Shown here: piece after piece, positions 24,489 through 35,042 of the stretch | How positions within the stretch are numbered: the first letter of the stretch is position 1 | Layout: the number at the start of each line of letters is the position of its first letter | Position numbers and translations under genes: made by a program | The notes under the pieces: model-generated | What the model was told of the DNA's origin: nothing | Database searches by the model: none | What the model saw: only the letters and a program-made list of their open reading frames with translations | Virus record (IMG/VR): IMGVR_UViG_3300042898_002521 | Span: 23,549 to 87,548 of that record | Source of the DNA: a virus | Direction: 5' to 3' (one strand) | Length of the DNA: 64,000 bases

Positions 24489-27400
24489 TTAAGGTACATT
24501 CCAAGATGGAACTACATTATAATTCACAGTAAAATAAGGTTTTAGACTGTTAGAAGATACCGCGTGCCCATACACCTTACTGTAATAAGTTAACGAGGTT
24601 GAAGTAGGTGGTCCAAGCGTAAATCCTCTTACACCTCCATCGTATAGTAAATCCCTAATAGTTGAGTTTAATGTAACTGTTACAGTAGTATCATCTGCAT
24701 GGCTGTATGATTGTTTACGAGGGTTTATGGTACCAAAAGCTGTTTCTCCATAAGTATCCCAACTTGTACTTGAACCGCTTGCGTTTTCGTGAGTACCAAT
24801 GTAAACGGTTCCAGGGTCTGTACCAGCAGCATTACCTCTAGATAAACGCAGCGTTGCAGAGTTAATTGCATTCGAAGCGTCAAGTTTTTCCCATGCTGGA
24901 AATGTCGTAAAGCCCATTGCACTCTTTTGTGTATCCCATGATGTGTCATAGTAACCAAAGTATAGGAAGTCTCCTTGACCTGTACGGACCGCATTAGAAC
25001 CCGCGTAAGAACGAGAAATGTTAGCGTAAGCAACATCGGTTTCATTTACATAAATTGTGTAATACGCCTCATCACCAGCTACAGAAGTATAATTATTTTT
25101 AGTTGCACTAATAAAGAACTCAAAAGAAGTAGTTAAGTCAAGTGCTGGTGACGCACTACTTAAAGTTAACGTTGCTTGACCGCTAGCGTTTGTAGTGCCT
25201 GTTGCTCTAGATGTGTAAGAAGATGCTGGGAATTGAACAGCACTCCAAGTAATTGCTGCTCCTTCTACAGGTGTGTTGTACACATCAGTTACTTCAACTG
25301 TTACAGTTCCTGTAGATGCTATAGCTGGAGCTGACCCTCCTGGGGCATTAAACGTACCTTGATGGTTATATGTATCAGCAACAACAACTACATATAAAGT
25401 ATTGGATACAGGGTCAATAGTTACAGTATTGCTAATGGTTTGAGTGTATGTAGAGTCTTGAGCAACTACCATTCTAAAGTATCTAGCGGCTGTGGTATCA
25501 GCGGTCCATGTTATGTCGTTAGTTCCACTGCTAGTGTACGTGGTAAGGTCACTCCAACCAGAAGTTCCTGTTGTAGATATTTGAATAGCTACCGACCTAC
25601 CCGATTGTGTAACTCCACGCAATGTTGTGCCTGTGTTAAAGTACGGAGAAGCTCCCGAAGGAGCTGACAAAGAAGCCGACCCTTCAACTCTTACAGGTGT
25701 AGCCGTAGCAACAATTGCACTTGAAGTGCTTGATGTACCAATACTATTAACCGCAAGAACACGGAAGTTATACGCAGAGTCAGCAGTCAACCCATTTAAT
25801 GTATAGGAGCTTGAACCCGCAGAAATTCCCGTAAGAGTTGTGTAAGTAGTAGTGCTAGTTAACTTATACCCAAGCGTGTAACTTGTAATTGGTGTGTTAA
25901 CACTATTAACACTAGCGCCCGACCAAGTAATTGCAACCGTTGATGCGTTTATTGAGCTTGCACTAACGCTGGTTGGGTTAAATGGAATTGAATACGAAAG
26001 CACGGAGTTACTTGAAGCAGACCAACTCAAGGTTGTAAGTTCAGAGTTTTTAGCTTTGACCTGGTACAAGTATGAAGTATTTGCAGATACAGAAGTATCA
26101 ACATATGGAAGCGTAATAGAGAAGTTAGTTGCACCAACAGACGAGAACGATGTTGGAGAGCTAGTAAGTGCGCGTTGTATGTTGTAGCCACTAATAGCTG
26201 GGTTAGCTGTGTATGACCCTGTAACTGTAAGACTTGTTGTAGACGTAGATGAGTTGCTAGTTACAGGTGCGCTTATTGGATCGGCTAAATAGAATGCTTG
26301 TATAGAGTTACTCTCTACGTACGCGCTAGTTAATTGAGTATTTAAAGCCCTAACTCTGTACTTGTAATAGATAGCAGAGGACGCGGCAGTATCAGAATAC
26401 GAAGTTGCGGTAGGCGAACCAAGAGTTAAACTTGACCACCCAGAAAAAGTAGAGTTATTACTAGACGAGGCTCTTTGAAGTTCGTAACTTGTAACAGCTG
26501 GGTTTGCCGCAGAAACAGCACTCCACGATACAAGTAATCTGTTTGCAGTAGAGGCAACTGTAGCCGCAGTAGGAGTTGTTGTAGATATAAAGAATGGGTA
26601 AATTGCCGAGCTACTTGTGTAAGAACTATAAATATCTCCACCAACTCCAGCGGCGTACGCGGCTTTAGCCCTAATTCTATACGTGTAAGCCGTACTTCCA
26701 TTTGCAGTTGCTGTTGTATCTGCATAAGCAAAAATAGAACTTGATGTAGTAGCTAAAGTTGACCATGAAGACCCGCCGTTAGAACTTCTATCAATTTCAT
26801 ATTGACTTATTGCAGCATTTGTTTCAGGAGCGCCCCAAGATAAAGAAACAGCATTTGCCGTATTGGGCTTAGCCACTGCAGTTAAAGCAGATATTGCACT
26901 AATGTATAACGTAGTTACGCTACTAGTAGCCACTTGACTTGAAATAGAGTTTAACGCGCTAACTCTATAAGTGTAAGATACTCCAGAGGTTAAGCTTCCG
27001 TCTAAAACATAAGATGCAGAAGTAGAAACACTAGTAGCCGCAGTGCTAATTACTGTGGTAGTTGTTCCAAGAATTCTTTCAACTGATACTGTTGCTTGAG
27101 GGTTAGATACGCCCAACGCGTCCCAGGTTACAAGAACACCGTTTCCAGAAGCAACTAATGATATTTCAGGAGAAATAAAATTAAAGTATTGCGGTCTAAC
27201 AAGTTTTTCAGGCTGTGCAAATAATAACTCTGAAGACATTAACGAGCCATTAATTGAATAGACTGTTGCATCACTACTAACAGCTAATGTTGCTGGGAAA
27301 GTTCCTCCGTATGTGAAGTCAGAACCTGGTTTAACACTAAAAGAAGTTGCATTGTTTACTTTGTACACTAAAGCACTAGTTACGTTTGGCAGTACTCCAG

Positions 27401-27548
27401 TAGTTGCTGTAATGCCCGTTACTGTTACTTTAGCACCTTCAAAAATTGAGTGCGGGTTAGGCGTAGTGTACGTAATAAGAGTATTAGACTCTACAGTAGC
27501 AGTAGCTACTTGGGCAGCTGAGTTTCCCAAACTTGCTTTTTTAAGCAT
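24489..27548 (-). CDS. Tail fibre/receptor-binding protein with several fibronectin type III domains
   Basis: Repeated V.LSW...Y.I.R...Y.D...Y.YRVRA FN3 units; Ser/Thr-rich; last gene of the baseplate operon. Confidence 0.8.
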   Translation of the reverse strand: MLKKASLGNSAAQVATATVESNTLITYTTPNPHSIFEGAKVTVTGITATTGVLPNVTSALVYKVNNATSFSVKPGSDFTYGGTFPATLAVSSDATVYSINGSLMSSELLFAQPEKLVRPQYFNFISPEISLVASGNGVLVTWDALGVSNPQATVSVERILGTTTTVISTAATSVSTSASYVLDGSLTSGVSYTYRVSALNSISSQVATSSVTTLYISAISALTAVAKPNTANAVSLSWGAPETNAAISQYEIDRSSNGGSSWSTLATTSSSIFAYADTTATANGSTAYTYRIRAKAAYAAGVGGDIYSSYTSSSAIYPFFISTTTPTAATVASTANRLLVSWSAVSAANPAVTSYELQRASSSNNSTFSGWSSLTLGSPTATSYSDTAASSAIYYKYRVRALNTQLTSAYVESNSIQAFYLADPISAPVTSNSSTSTTSLTVTGSYTANPAISGYNIQRALTSSPTSFSSVGATNFSITLPYVDTSVSANTSYLYQVKAKNSELTTLSWSASSNSVLSYSIPFNPTSVSASSINASTVAITWSGASVNSVNTPITSYTLGYKLTSTTTYTTLTGISAGSSSYTLNGLTADSAYNFRVLAVNSIGTSSTSSAIVATATPVRVEGSASLSAPSGASPYFNTGTTLRGVTQSGRSVAIQISTTGTSGWSDLTTYTSSGTNDITWTADTTAARYFRMVVAQDSTYTQTISNTVTIDPVSNTLYVVVVADTYNHQGTFNAPGGSAPAIASTGTVTVEVTDVYNTPVEGAAITWSAVQFPASSYTSRATGTTNASGQATLTLSSASPALDLTTSFEFFISATKNNYTSVAGDEAYYTIYVNETDVAYANISRSYAGSNAVRTGQGDFLYFGYYDTSWDTQKSAMGFTTFPAWEKLDASNAINSATLRLSRGNAAGTDPGTVYIGTHENASGSSTSWDTYGETAFGTINPRKQSYSHADDTTVTVTLNSTIRDLLYDGGVRGFTLGPPTSTSLTYYSKVYGHAVSSNSLKPYFTVNYNVVPSWNVP

Positions 27549-30500
27549 AGTAAGTCACATCCGTAATTAATGAGTCTAGTTTACCAAATGTAGTTACCCT
27601 ATCAATGTACAAATGGCTAGGGCTTAATCGAGCCGTAGCCTCCCACATTGAGTCTCTATCATCCGAGTAATTTTGTCCGTCGTAATCTCCGTCAAAGTAA
27701 TAATCTAAAAACTCAGACTTTTCTGCCATTACTGCGTCTACTAAAAATGTAGCTGTGTTAGTCATTGCACTTAGTTTTCTAACAGAAACCGCAGCTCTAA
27801 AAACGCCGCTAGGGGCCGTACCTTTAACGGTTAACCTTGTCCATCCGCTAGCAGTAGTTATTGTTGTAGCGGTAGTAGTAGATAAAGTACCAAGTACTGC
27901 TGGGGAAGCTACACTGGAATCATACCAAACTACGTTAAGATCATAATTTGCGGAAGCCCCATTTGTTACTTTTACATAAGCACTAAATGTATATATCTCT
28001 CCACTGCTTACTTTTATTGGGTAAGACGTATCACTTGACACCACCCCGCTGTTAACCGCAGCGGCCGAAGCTACAACTGCTTCCAAAGAGGCTGAGCCTT
28101 TATAATAATCTGACGTTACCCTAGAGATTGTTACCGCAGAAGTACTTGCTGCTGCTGCCCAACTAGTAGTATTTGTTTCAAAAGAAGGATTAGGAACTAA
28201 GTTAGTTCTATTTGATTCTACTGTAATTTCAGAGGCTCTTGCATCTACAAAATTTGTTGGGATTGACGCGGCGTAGCCTAAACAAATATCCCCAATAATA
28301 TTAGCATTAGTAGCTGCATAAGTAAACGAATAATTACCTGTAGAAGCATTGTTAGTTACTGCTGTTATAGTAAAAGTTCCATCAAACGGCGCTCCTAAAC
28401 CAGTAACACTAACCGTGCGATTAGCTACAAAGTTATTTTCTTCGCTAGTAGATAAAGTAGCAAAGTCATCTGTAAGACTTCTGTAGGTTATTTGTATAGG
28501 GTGAGTAAATGAGGACGCGTCTACGTAATAACTTTCGGCAGAACCCATACTGTTAATAGCAAATGCAGGCTCAGCATAGGCCGCATTAACTGGACTAACT
28601 GCAGTTATATGATTTAAGTACCAAGCGTTTGCAGTAGATTGAGTAGCAGATGCCAACGATCCAGTAGCTGTAGTTCCTACTGATTCACCTTTTACGTTGT
28701 ACCAAGATACTCTAACTTCAGTAGTCCTAGCAGTTCCTGCGCCTTTACTAAAGTACATCCCAAACGCATACGGTTTATTTGATTGAACCGCTTGCCAGGC
28801 TGTAGATGCTGCAGGAATATCTGAAGCAGGAGGTGGAGAAAGCCAAACAGATTGGGCAGATGCTATTGATCCCCCAGTAGGATTAGATATAGATGCGGTT
28901 GCAGATGAACTTGTAGCAGAAGTTACGTAAGTTCCTTCTATAATTGAAATGCTTGAATTACCAGTAGGTAATAGCACGTAGTCATTTGTAGCTGCAATAT
29001 TTGGTTTTAAACTTAATGAAGTAGCTCCGCTACTAGCCGTAGCAGTTAGCTCCGCTCTTTTAGGCCCTGTAGAGAACAAAGGGGACCCTGCGGTTGCGGC
29101 CGTTATTTTTCCCATTCCAGATACTATGTTATCTGAAAATTGAATAGTAGCACCGCTCAAAGGAGTGCCTGGAGTTAAATTAACTATAAAAGTAGTTGAA
29201 CTTTCAACATACGTTACTACGGTACCAACAGCAAACGCTCCAGTTCCAGAGGATACGTTAACGCGCATACCAGAACGTATTTTTGAAGTGTCTGCGCCTG
29301 ATAAAGTTACAGTTTTTCCCACAGAAGATGCGGTAGCAAGAGTTAAGTTCCAGTTTGCGTAAGAAGCTAGGCTTCCATCAACAGGCCCTACTAAAGTTAA
29401 AAGGCTTGAAAAAGGAGCACTAGTCCCATACGCAGCGGAGTTTCTAGGGTACCAATCCCCAGTGTTTTCTACAAACGAAGAAGTATTGTAATCGTGTAAA
29501 TAGTTAGTCCCCGCTTGTATTGAAACTGGGTATCCGCTATGTGATTCAAGTTGATTAGCTACACCAATAGAAGAACCTGAAGTCGAGTAGTTTCTAATAA
29601 GATTTGCTAATAATGTTCTAGCTTGAATTAAACTACTTACGTTTTCGTAAGAACCGCCCAATTGTTTTATTAATAGTTTTAGTAATGGCTCATCAACTGT
29701 TTTTGGATCGGACATCTCAAATACAGCTTTATTTGAAGTACGGTAAAGGTCTATATGAAAAGCAAACAAACTTAAAAAGTCTTTTAAATCTTGGTTGTCT
29801 TGACCTCTAGCATTAAGTTTATATATTGCAGGGAGGTGTTGACGAATTGTTTCTACCGTCCCAGCATTAATAATAGCAAAACTAGATGCTTGATTTAATT
29901 TTTTCCATCTACGAGTGGCTCCGTCGTTATACTCCGCAAATAATGAATAATAGTATTTTGGAGAGTTTAATGGGCTACCAGTAACGCCTTTACCTGGGTT
30001 GGAAGTTAACGCAGAGCTAGTTCCTGTATCGTATATGTGAAATGATCCCTCTACACCCAGTTCAATTTCTGTTACCCTACCTCCAATAAGAGACGCAGGT
30101 ATTCTAATTTTATCTCCCACATTATAGTTAGAGCCGCTATTTCTAAGCGTAACTGTTGTTGTAGCAGTAGTTCCGTTACCTACTCTAGACACGTCAAAAG
30201 TTGCACCCCTACCTTTTGATGACCCTACCGAAACTCCTGCTAAATTAGTATACGTAAACGTACCGCTATCAGGAATTATTTTTGATTTGTCATACGTAAC
30301 AGTACTAAACCCAGTAGCTGTAATACCTTTTTGAGTTCCTCCTAAAGCCGTTACGGTTAAAACTAGATCAGTAACTAGTGGAGTAGCAGTAGTTGAAACA
30401 TACCCAATGCTAGCTTTTGGTATTGTTAAAGTATCCCCAACAGCATACCCACTACCGTATGAAATAATTTCAACTTCAATCACGGCTCCAAGGTCTGCTG

Positions 30501-30864
30501 ATGCTCGTGCTACATTAAATTTTGCACCTTTTGTATCACCACTTGCAGTCAGGTTTGTATAGTACACATAGTCTTCGGATAACGGAGCGTTACCCCCACC
30601 AGCGTAAGTAAGAGCTCCAAGAGAATTTGCACCAGAAACGGCTGTAGCTACAGTAATAATTATAGATTCAGGTCCTTCAGAAAATATAGCTACGCCATCA
30701 TTAATGTTTCTAGGGTATCCAGACGTGTTTCTAATTATTCTTAAGTCTGTCCAATCAGTTGCTTCAGAAGGAGGTTCCCAAGCAATATGATTAATTAAAT
30801 AGTTAGATGGTTGTGCGGAAACCTCTGAAGTAAAAAGAGCATCAAGGCTATTTACTAAAGGCAT
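27541..30864 (-). CDS. Large baseplate/tail protein (gpI-like core plus carbohydrate-binding-like domains)
   Basis: HLPAIY...DFLSLF...DP....LL..L gpI-like segment; NLVPNPSFE...W...YTFSAYV...W.RL CBM-like domain. Confidence 0.7.
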   Translation of the reverse strand: MPLVNSLDALFTSEVSAQPSNYLINHIAWEPPSEATDWTDLRIIRNTSGYPRNINDGVAIFSEGPESIIITVATAVSGANSLGALTYAGGGNAPLSEDYVYYTNLTASGDTKGAKFNVARASADLGAVIEVEIISYGSGYAVGDTLTIPKASIGYVSTTATPLVTDLVLTVTALGGTQKGITATGFSTVTYDKSKIIPDSGTFTYTNLAGVSVGSSKGRGATFDVSRVGNGTTATTTVTLRNSGSNYNVGDKIRIPASLIGGRVTEIELGVEGSFHIYDTGTSSALTSNPGKGVTGSPLNSPKYYYSLFAEYNDGATRRWKKLNQASSFAIINAGTVETIRQHLPAIYKLNARGQDNQDLKDFLSLFAFHIDLYRTSNKAVFEMSDPKTVDEPLLKLLIKQLGGSYENVSSLIQARTLLANLIRNYSTSGSSIGVANQLESHSGYPVSIQAGTNYLHDYNTSSFVENTGDWYPRNSAAYGTSAPFSSLLTLVGPVDGSLASYANWNLTLATASSVGKTVTLSGADTSKIRSGMRVNVSSGTGAFAVGTVVTYVESSTTFIVNLTPGTPLSGATIQFSDNIVSGMGKITAATAGSPLFSTGPKRAELTATASSGATSLSLKPNIAATNDYVLLPTGNSSISIIEGTYVTSATSSSATASISNPTGGSIASAQSVWLSPPPASDIPAASTAWQAVQSNKPYAFGMYFSKGAGTARTTEVRVSWYNVKGESVGTTATGSLASATQSTANAWYLNHITAVSPVNAAYAEPAFAINSMGSAESYYVDASSFTHPIQITYRSLTDDFATLSTSEENNFVANRTVSVTGLGAPFDGTFTITAVTNNASTGNYSFTYAATNANIIGDICLGYAASIPTNFVDARASEITVESNRTNLVPNPSFETNTTSWAAAASTSAVTISRVTSDYYKGSASLEAVVASAAAVNSGVVSSDTSYPIKVSSGEIYTFSAYVKVTNGASANYDLNVVWYDSSVASPAVLGTLSTTTATTITTASGWTRLTVKGTAPSGVFRAAVSVRKLSAMTNTATFLVDAVMAEKSEFLDYYFDGDYDGQNYSDDRDSMWEATARLSPSHLYIDRVTTFGKLDSLITDVTYYA

Positions 30865-32774
30865 TAACTAGCACCGCCCGTAGTAATAATGTTAATGTAC
30901 GAGCTCTCAAGAATTGGAACTTCATTTACAGAGCACGATAGGTCTGCTACGTTTCCGTAACCTTGAATAACAATTGCTGTTCCACTACTTACTGTTGAAG
31001 ATGGGGCAGTACTAACGGTTACCCCACCCGTTGTAGCGTTTGCAACAGCAGTAGATGTAGAACCCGAAGCAGCTGTTGCTACAATAGTAAACTGTGTTGC
31101 AGTAGCGCTAGCAATTGGTAAAGTTACGTTGTACTGAGTGCTAGTTGCTCCAGTAACTGCCACCGTTTGCCCAGGAACAAACGTGTTGCCTGCCGTGTAG
31201 GTAATGACCGTTCCTGATGAGGTATAAGAAATTGCTGTAATACTGGCACTAGTTCCAGCTAAGCTAGATATGGTTGCGTTATTAAAAGCCGTTGGAGAAA
31301 TGATTCTAGGCTTAACTGTTCCAGATGACCATAATCCAGCTGTGCTGTCTACTATTAACACGGTTGACCCTGTAGTAGCGTTAGTCTGTAGAGTTGCAGT
31401 TTGGCTATAGATTCCTGAACCGCTACTTGGGTTGCTAATAAACTTTTCAAAGTCATTTATAATGACATACTCAACCCCATCTACGGCATTACAAGTTGCG
31501 TAAATGTCACCCAAAGTAATTAAATCATTAAAAGTAACGTTTGCAAAGTTTAGTAACGTTTCTAAAGCATCCGCTACAGCAGCTCCTACAAGAGCCGCGT
31601 TATATTGATTGCGAACATGAACAGTAACTGTTAAGTATGGGTAAACCGCAGTAAAATCTTGAATAGACACAGTTGTTCCAGGTGGAATTTTATCAACAAA
31701 ATACTCAGACACAGTTTGTTTAAACGCAGTGGTAGTTAATCTACCGCCAGAAGCAGCAATAAATAAAACAATAGAAGCTAAATTTGTTGCCATAGCATTT
31801 GCTTTTTCTACCCCGTTAAACTGCACGGCAAGACTTGCGTAGTCTTTTAGAGACACTGCCCTATCTAAAGCTCTTAAAGAAAGCGGAGCATTTATTCTAA
31901 CGGAGTCAGTAGGTTCAGCATCAGTTCCTCCAGAAAAACCAAGCGCGTTATTTACAGAAATTCCAAACTCGTTTACAGTTTTTACTGAGCTAGCCGCCAC
32001 ATTTCCAGCAGCGCCTGCGGTTGATGAGTACCTGTAAGTTACTGAAATTGAAGACCCGTTTGGTGGAATGCGGCCAGATACCCCATCACCAAACACTACA
32101 TACGTAATTCCAGCGCCATCAGTATAAGTGTAGTAAACAGCGTCCGTGCTATTTGCGTCAATAATAAAATTAATTTTACTGTAGTTAATCCCACCAACAG
32201 TAACAGTAATTCCTGATCCAGTTATTACTCCAGTATTTAATAAAGGAAATTCTTGGTTAGGCGTGCCGATAGACGTGCCTACAGTTTCTGTTATAACTTT
32301 TCCTTGAGTTACTGTGGCAGTTTTTGTACCATTAACAATACCAACTTGTGGCGGCACTGTTACTGTGGAGTCAACAGTAAAAATTATTGCTGGATTAATT
32401 CCGTCAGACGTTGTAGAGACTTCAGTTCCAGCAACAATGTCTTTTTCAATAGCTTCAGAGTTACTAAATGTTACTGTGCCCGTTGCGGCATTAACCTCGT
32501 TTGGAATATAATTTAATAATTTAGCTAAATTAAGAACTGTTTCTCTTTGGGTAGCCGTAGAAATAAATGATTCATTAGCTGCTCTGTCAATTTGGTAGTT
32601 AAGGAGATCACCAAGATAAGCAAACAATTCAAGCAATACAATGCCAAAGTCTCCCGAGTCACGGGAAGTCCACTGAGGAGCAAAATTTGGGATAAGAGCT
32701 TTAAGGTCTTTACTTAAAGACGCGTAGTCCCTAGATGTGTAATCTACCTGTGGTAGGTATAAATTGTCAGCCAC
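30864..32774 (-). CDS. Baseplate wedge protein (baseplate J / gp6-like)
   Basis: DYTSRDY, D.GIVLLELFAY, FGDG..G.IP, GG.DAE, RAVS..DY. Confidence 0.9.
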   Translation of the reverse strand: MADNLYLPQVDYTSRDYASLSKDLKALIPNFAPQWTSRDSGDFGIVLLELFAYLGDLLNYQIDRAANESFISTATQRETVLNLAKLLNYIPNEVNAATGTVTFSNSEAIEKDIVAGTEVSTTSDGINPAIIFTVDSTVTVPPQVGIVNGTKTATVTQGKVITETVGTSIGTPNQEFPLLNTGVITGSGITVTVGGINYSKINFIIDANSTDAVYYTYTDGAGITYVVFGDGVSGRIPPNGSSISVTYRYSSTAGAAGNVAASSVKTVNEFGISVNNALGFSGGTDAEPTDSVRINAPLSLRALDRAVSLKDYASLAVQFNGVEKANAMATNLASIVLFIAASGGRLTTTAFKQTVSEYFVDKIPPGTTVSIQDFTAVYPYLTVTVHVRNQYNAALVGAAVADALETLLNFANVTFNDLITLGDIYATCNAVDGVEYVIINDFEKFISNPSSGSGIYSQTATLQTNATTGSTVLIVDSTAGLWSSGTVKPRIISPTAFNNATISSLAGTSASITAISYTSSGTVITYTAGNTFVPGQTVAVTGATSTQYNVTLPIASATATQFTIVATAASGSTSTAVANATTGGVTVSTAPSSTVSSGTAIVIQGYGNVADLSCSVNEVPILESSYINIITTGGAS

Positions 32775-33194
32775 TTAAAGCACCTCTAACGTTTCACCCG
32801 CATTATTGAGGGAAGATGTTGATATTTTAACAGAATCTGTATCCCCAGAGGGAAGTAAATAAATTATAGTAAAAGTAACCGCTGCATTGTCTGAGTCAAT
32901 TTCAACAGCAACTTCAGATAGTTCTAGGTCGGGCAACCAGGATACAAATAGTTGGGAAATAGCTGTTCTTGCATCTTCCACAACTTGAGAACTGGTTTCA
33001 AATATTAGACTGTTTAAGTTAGCTCCATAAATATAATACCAAACTCGCTCGTTAATTCCCGTTGATAACAGGGCTAAAAGCTTGTTTCTCCAAACTTTTG
33101 GAGAGTTATCAACAATAGAATTAACCCTGCCTTTAGTAGATAAATCAAAAGGAAGGTCAATAACATAAGAGTTATCTAGTACCGTTTTTTTCAT
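32775..33194 (-). CDS. gp25-like baseplate protein
   Basis: LLST..NERV....YG..L..LIFE...WLP pattern. Confidence 0.85.
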   Translation of the reverse strand: MKKTVLDNSYVIDLPFDLSTKGRVNSIVDNSPKVWRNKLLALLSTGINERVWYYIYGANLNSLIFETSSQVVEDARTAISQLFVSWLPDLELSEVAVEIDSDNAAVTFTIIYLLPSGDTDSVKISTSSLNNAGETLEVL

Positions 33195-33195
33195 T

Positions 33196-33450
33196 TTAGA
33201 ACGCTCCTAGCCATAGTGGAAAATTAGGGTCTCCGCCTTCAAACATTACCCAGACCCCCGTACCAGGATTACCTGGAGAAGTGCTAATAATAGGATAAGA
33301 CCAACCTGTAACAGCACTACCTAAAATTTGCGGAATTTGCACTTTAATGCGGTTTGCATTTTCTGGGTCGTTTTTATCAACAACAATTCCACGGTAAATA
33401 CCATAAAACCTTTTATCGGCAAGATCATTAGCAAGTAGGTTAGATAACAC
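33196..33450 (-). CDS. gp5/VgrG OB-fold baseplate spike-like protein
   Basis: FYGIYRGIVV...DP...RIKVQIP...W...VWVMFEGGD..FP.W.G; GTG start at 33450. Confidence 0.85.
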   Translation of the reverse strand: MLSNLLANDLADKRFYGIYRGIVVDKNDPENANRIKVQIPQILGSAVTGWSYPIISTSPGNPGTGVWVMFEGGDPNFPLWLGAF

Positions 33451-34768
33451 CGCGAGACTCCAACCTGGTAGCTGCTGCTCGAGAACGTACCCGTGTGTCA
33501 CTTGCAGTAGTTGCTTCTGACTTAGGGAGTTTTGCTCTCCATGTTGTTGCCTTATTAGTGACTGCAATATTTGGCAAAACTGCATTTGTTACAAGAGTAA
33601 ACCCATCATTAGCCGTTGCTTGTGACCCCGTTATTAATACGGACTTTGAATTTACTGAAACATTTTTTACTCCAGAAACTAAAATTCTTTCTGGAATATT
33701 GTTTGGCGCTTGTACAAGTCCGTCAGACCATACAGAAGCTGCTCCAATTGAGTCAGACCCAACTTCTAGAATAGTTGTATACCGTAATATATTAGGGCTA
33801 GTTTCAACTATGCGATGCGCAGCTGATAGAACTATCCAATAACCAGTGTAGTCTTTGCCAATACCACTTAAGTAAATAGGTTTATCTGGCCCTAACGTAG
33901 GAGTTCCTAAGACTTCAATTTTAGCCCTGTAAGGGAAACGGTTTCTTTGGTTGACCCCAATAGCTTCATAGTATGCTGCATCGTAGCCAGGGGCCACGGT
34001 ATCCACAGAATAGCTATCAAATAATTCAGTTCTGTATACTTCTCTTAAAGTATCTAATCTAGTGTCTGTTACTAAATTTAAATTAGTATTTTTTGGGTCA
34101 ACGCCGCCAATTTGAGTTGCGGACTTATAGGCATCTAAATACCGTACAGACTCACCAAGAGTTAAATTAAAAGAATATAAAGTAGAGCCTGCTGGGTTAT
34201 TAGCTTCTCGCATAATAAAAGATTTAGCATTTTTTCTTTGGTACGTATACTCGCTAGTTAATCCTTGAAAAAATATTGAGGTGTTTTGAATACGAAACGT
34301 GTACCCACATTGTTTAGCTAGTCTAGTTATTAATTGGAGTTCAGTTTGACCAGCCTGCACAATTTGCTCGTAAACTCTGGGATGTGGTTCTACAATAGCT
34401 TGTAAAGAATACTCCTGTGCTATTTGCTCTACTACTTGGGACGCGGTTACATTAGTAAATACTCGTTGCCTCGCTTGTTTTAACTTATAAGATGCCCCAA
34501 TTAAAGTCATTTTTACAAACGCTTTTCCAGGAGTTATCTCAGGGTTAATGTCGTGGATGTACCCCACAAATTCCCGAAGCTCTTCTCGACCTTTAATTAC
34601 ACAACGAACTGGCTCACCTGGTCTGATGTTAGCGTACTTTACATCCCAATCCCTAAATTTAACAACGGCTACTTCATGTGCGTAACGCTCTTGATTTAGG
34701 GTAAACGAAAGTAACCGTTGAGGCGGAGTTTCTGCCAACGGAAATTCAATCGTAACGTAATTAAGCAT
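33440..34768 (-). CDS. Baseplate hub (gpD/gp27-like)
   Basis: FVGYI, ASQVVEQIA, QTELQLITRLAKQCG, G.P.L.P, YTG.W.V....H. Confidence 0.8.
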   Translation of the reverse strand: MLNYVTIEFPLAETPPQRLLSFTLNQERYAHEVAVVKFRDWDVKYANIRPGEPVRCVIKGREELREFVGYIHDINPEITPGKAFVKMTLIGASYKLKQARQRVFTNVTASQVVEQIAQEYSLQAIVEPHPRVYEQIVQAGQTELQLITRLAKQCGYTFRIQNTSIFFQGLTSEYTYQRKNAKSFIMREANNPAGSTLYSFNLTLGESVRYLDAYKSATQIGGVDPKNTNLNLVTDTRLDTLREVYRTELFDSYSVDTVAPGYDAAYYEAIGVNQRNRFPYRAKIEVLGTPTLGPDKPIYLSGIGKDYTGYWIVLSAAHRIVETSPNILRYTTILEVGSDSIGAASVWSDGLVQAPNNIPERILVSGVKNVSVNSKSVLITGSQATANDGFTLVTNAVLPNIAVTNKATTWRAKLPKSEATTASDTRVRSRAAATRLESRGVI

Positions 34769-35042
34769 TAGGTATTCTTAACTCAGTTCCTGCAGGTATA
34801 TTTATAAAATCCGTTACTTCGGGGTTGTACTCAGCAATAGCCCACCATAAATCTGGTCGGTTATAGTATTTATTTGATATCCCTTGTAGAGTTTCTCCTT
34901 CAATAAGTGTATGAAGGTTAAACGATATGTTAGTTAAAGAATCAAAAGAATAAAAAACAATAGGGTAGGTATTACCATTTTCGTCTTTTTTAAAGTAATC
35001 AACAATTGAGTTTTCATACCTAGAGCCTGATACAATAGCCAT
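34761..35042 (-). CDS. LysM/tail-X baseplate protein
   Basis: SRY; GETLQGIS.KYY..PDLWWAIAEYNP...G.ELRIP. Confidence 0.85.
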   Translation of the reverse strand: MAIVSGSRYENSIVDYFKKDENGNTYPIVFYSFDSLTNISFNLHTLIEGETLQGISNKYYNRPDLWWAIAEYNPEVTDFINIPAGTELRIPNA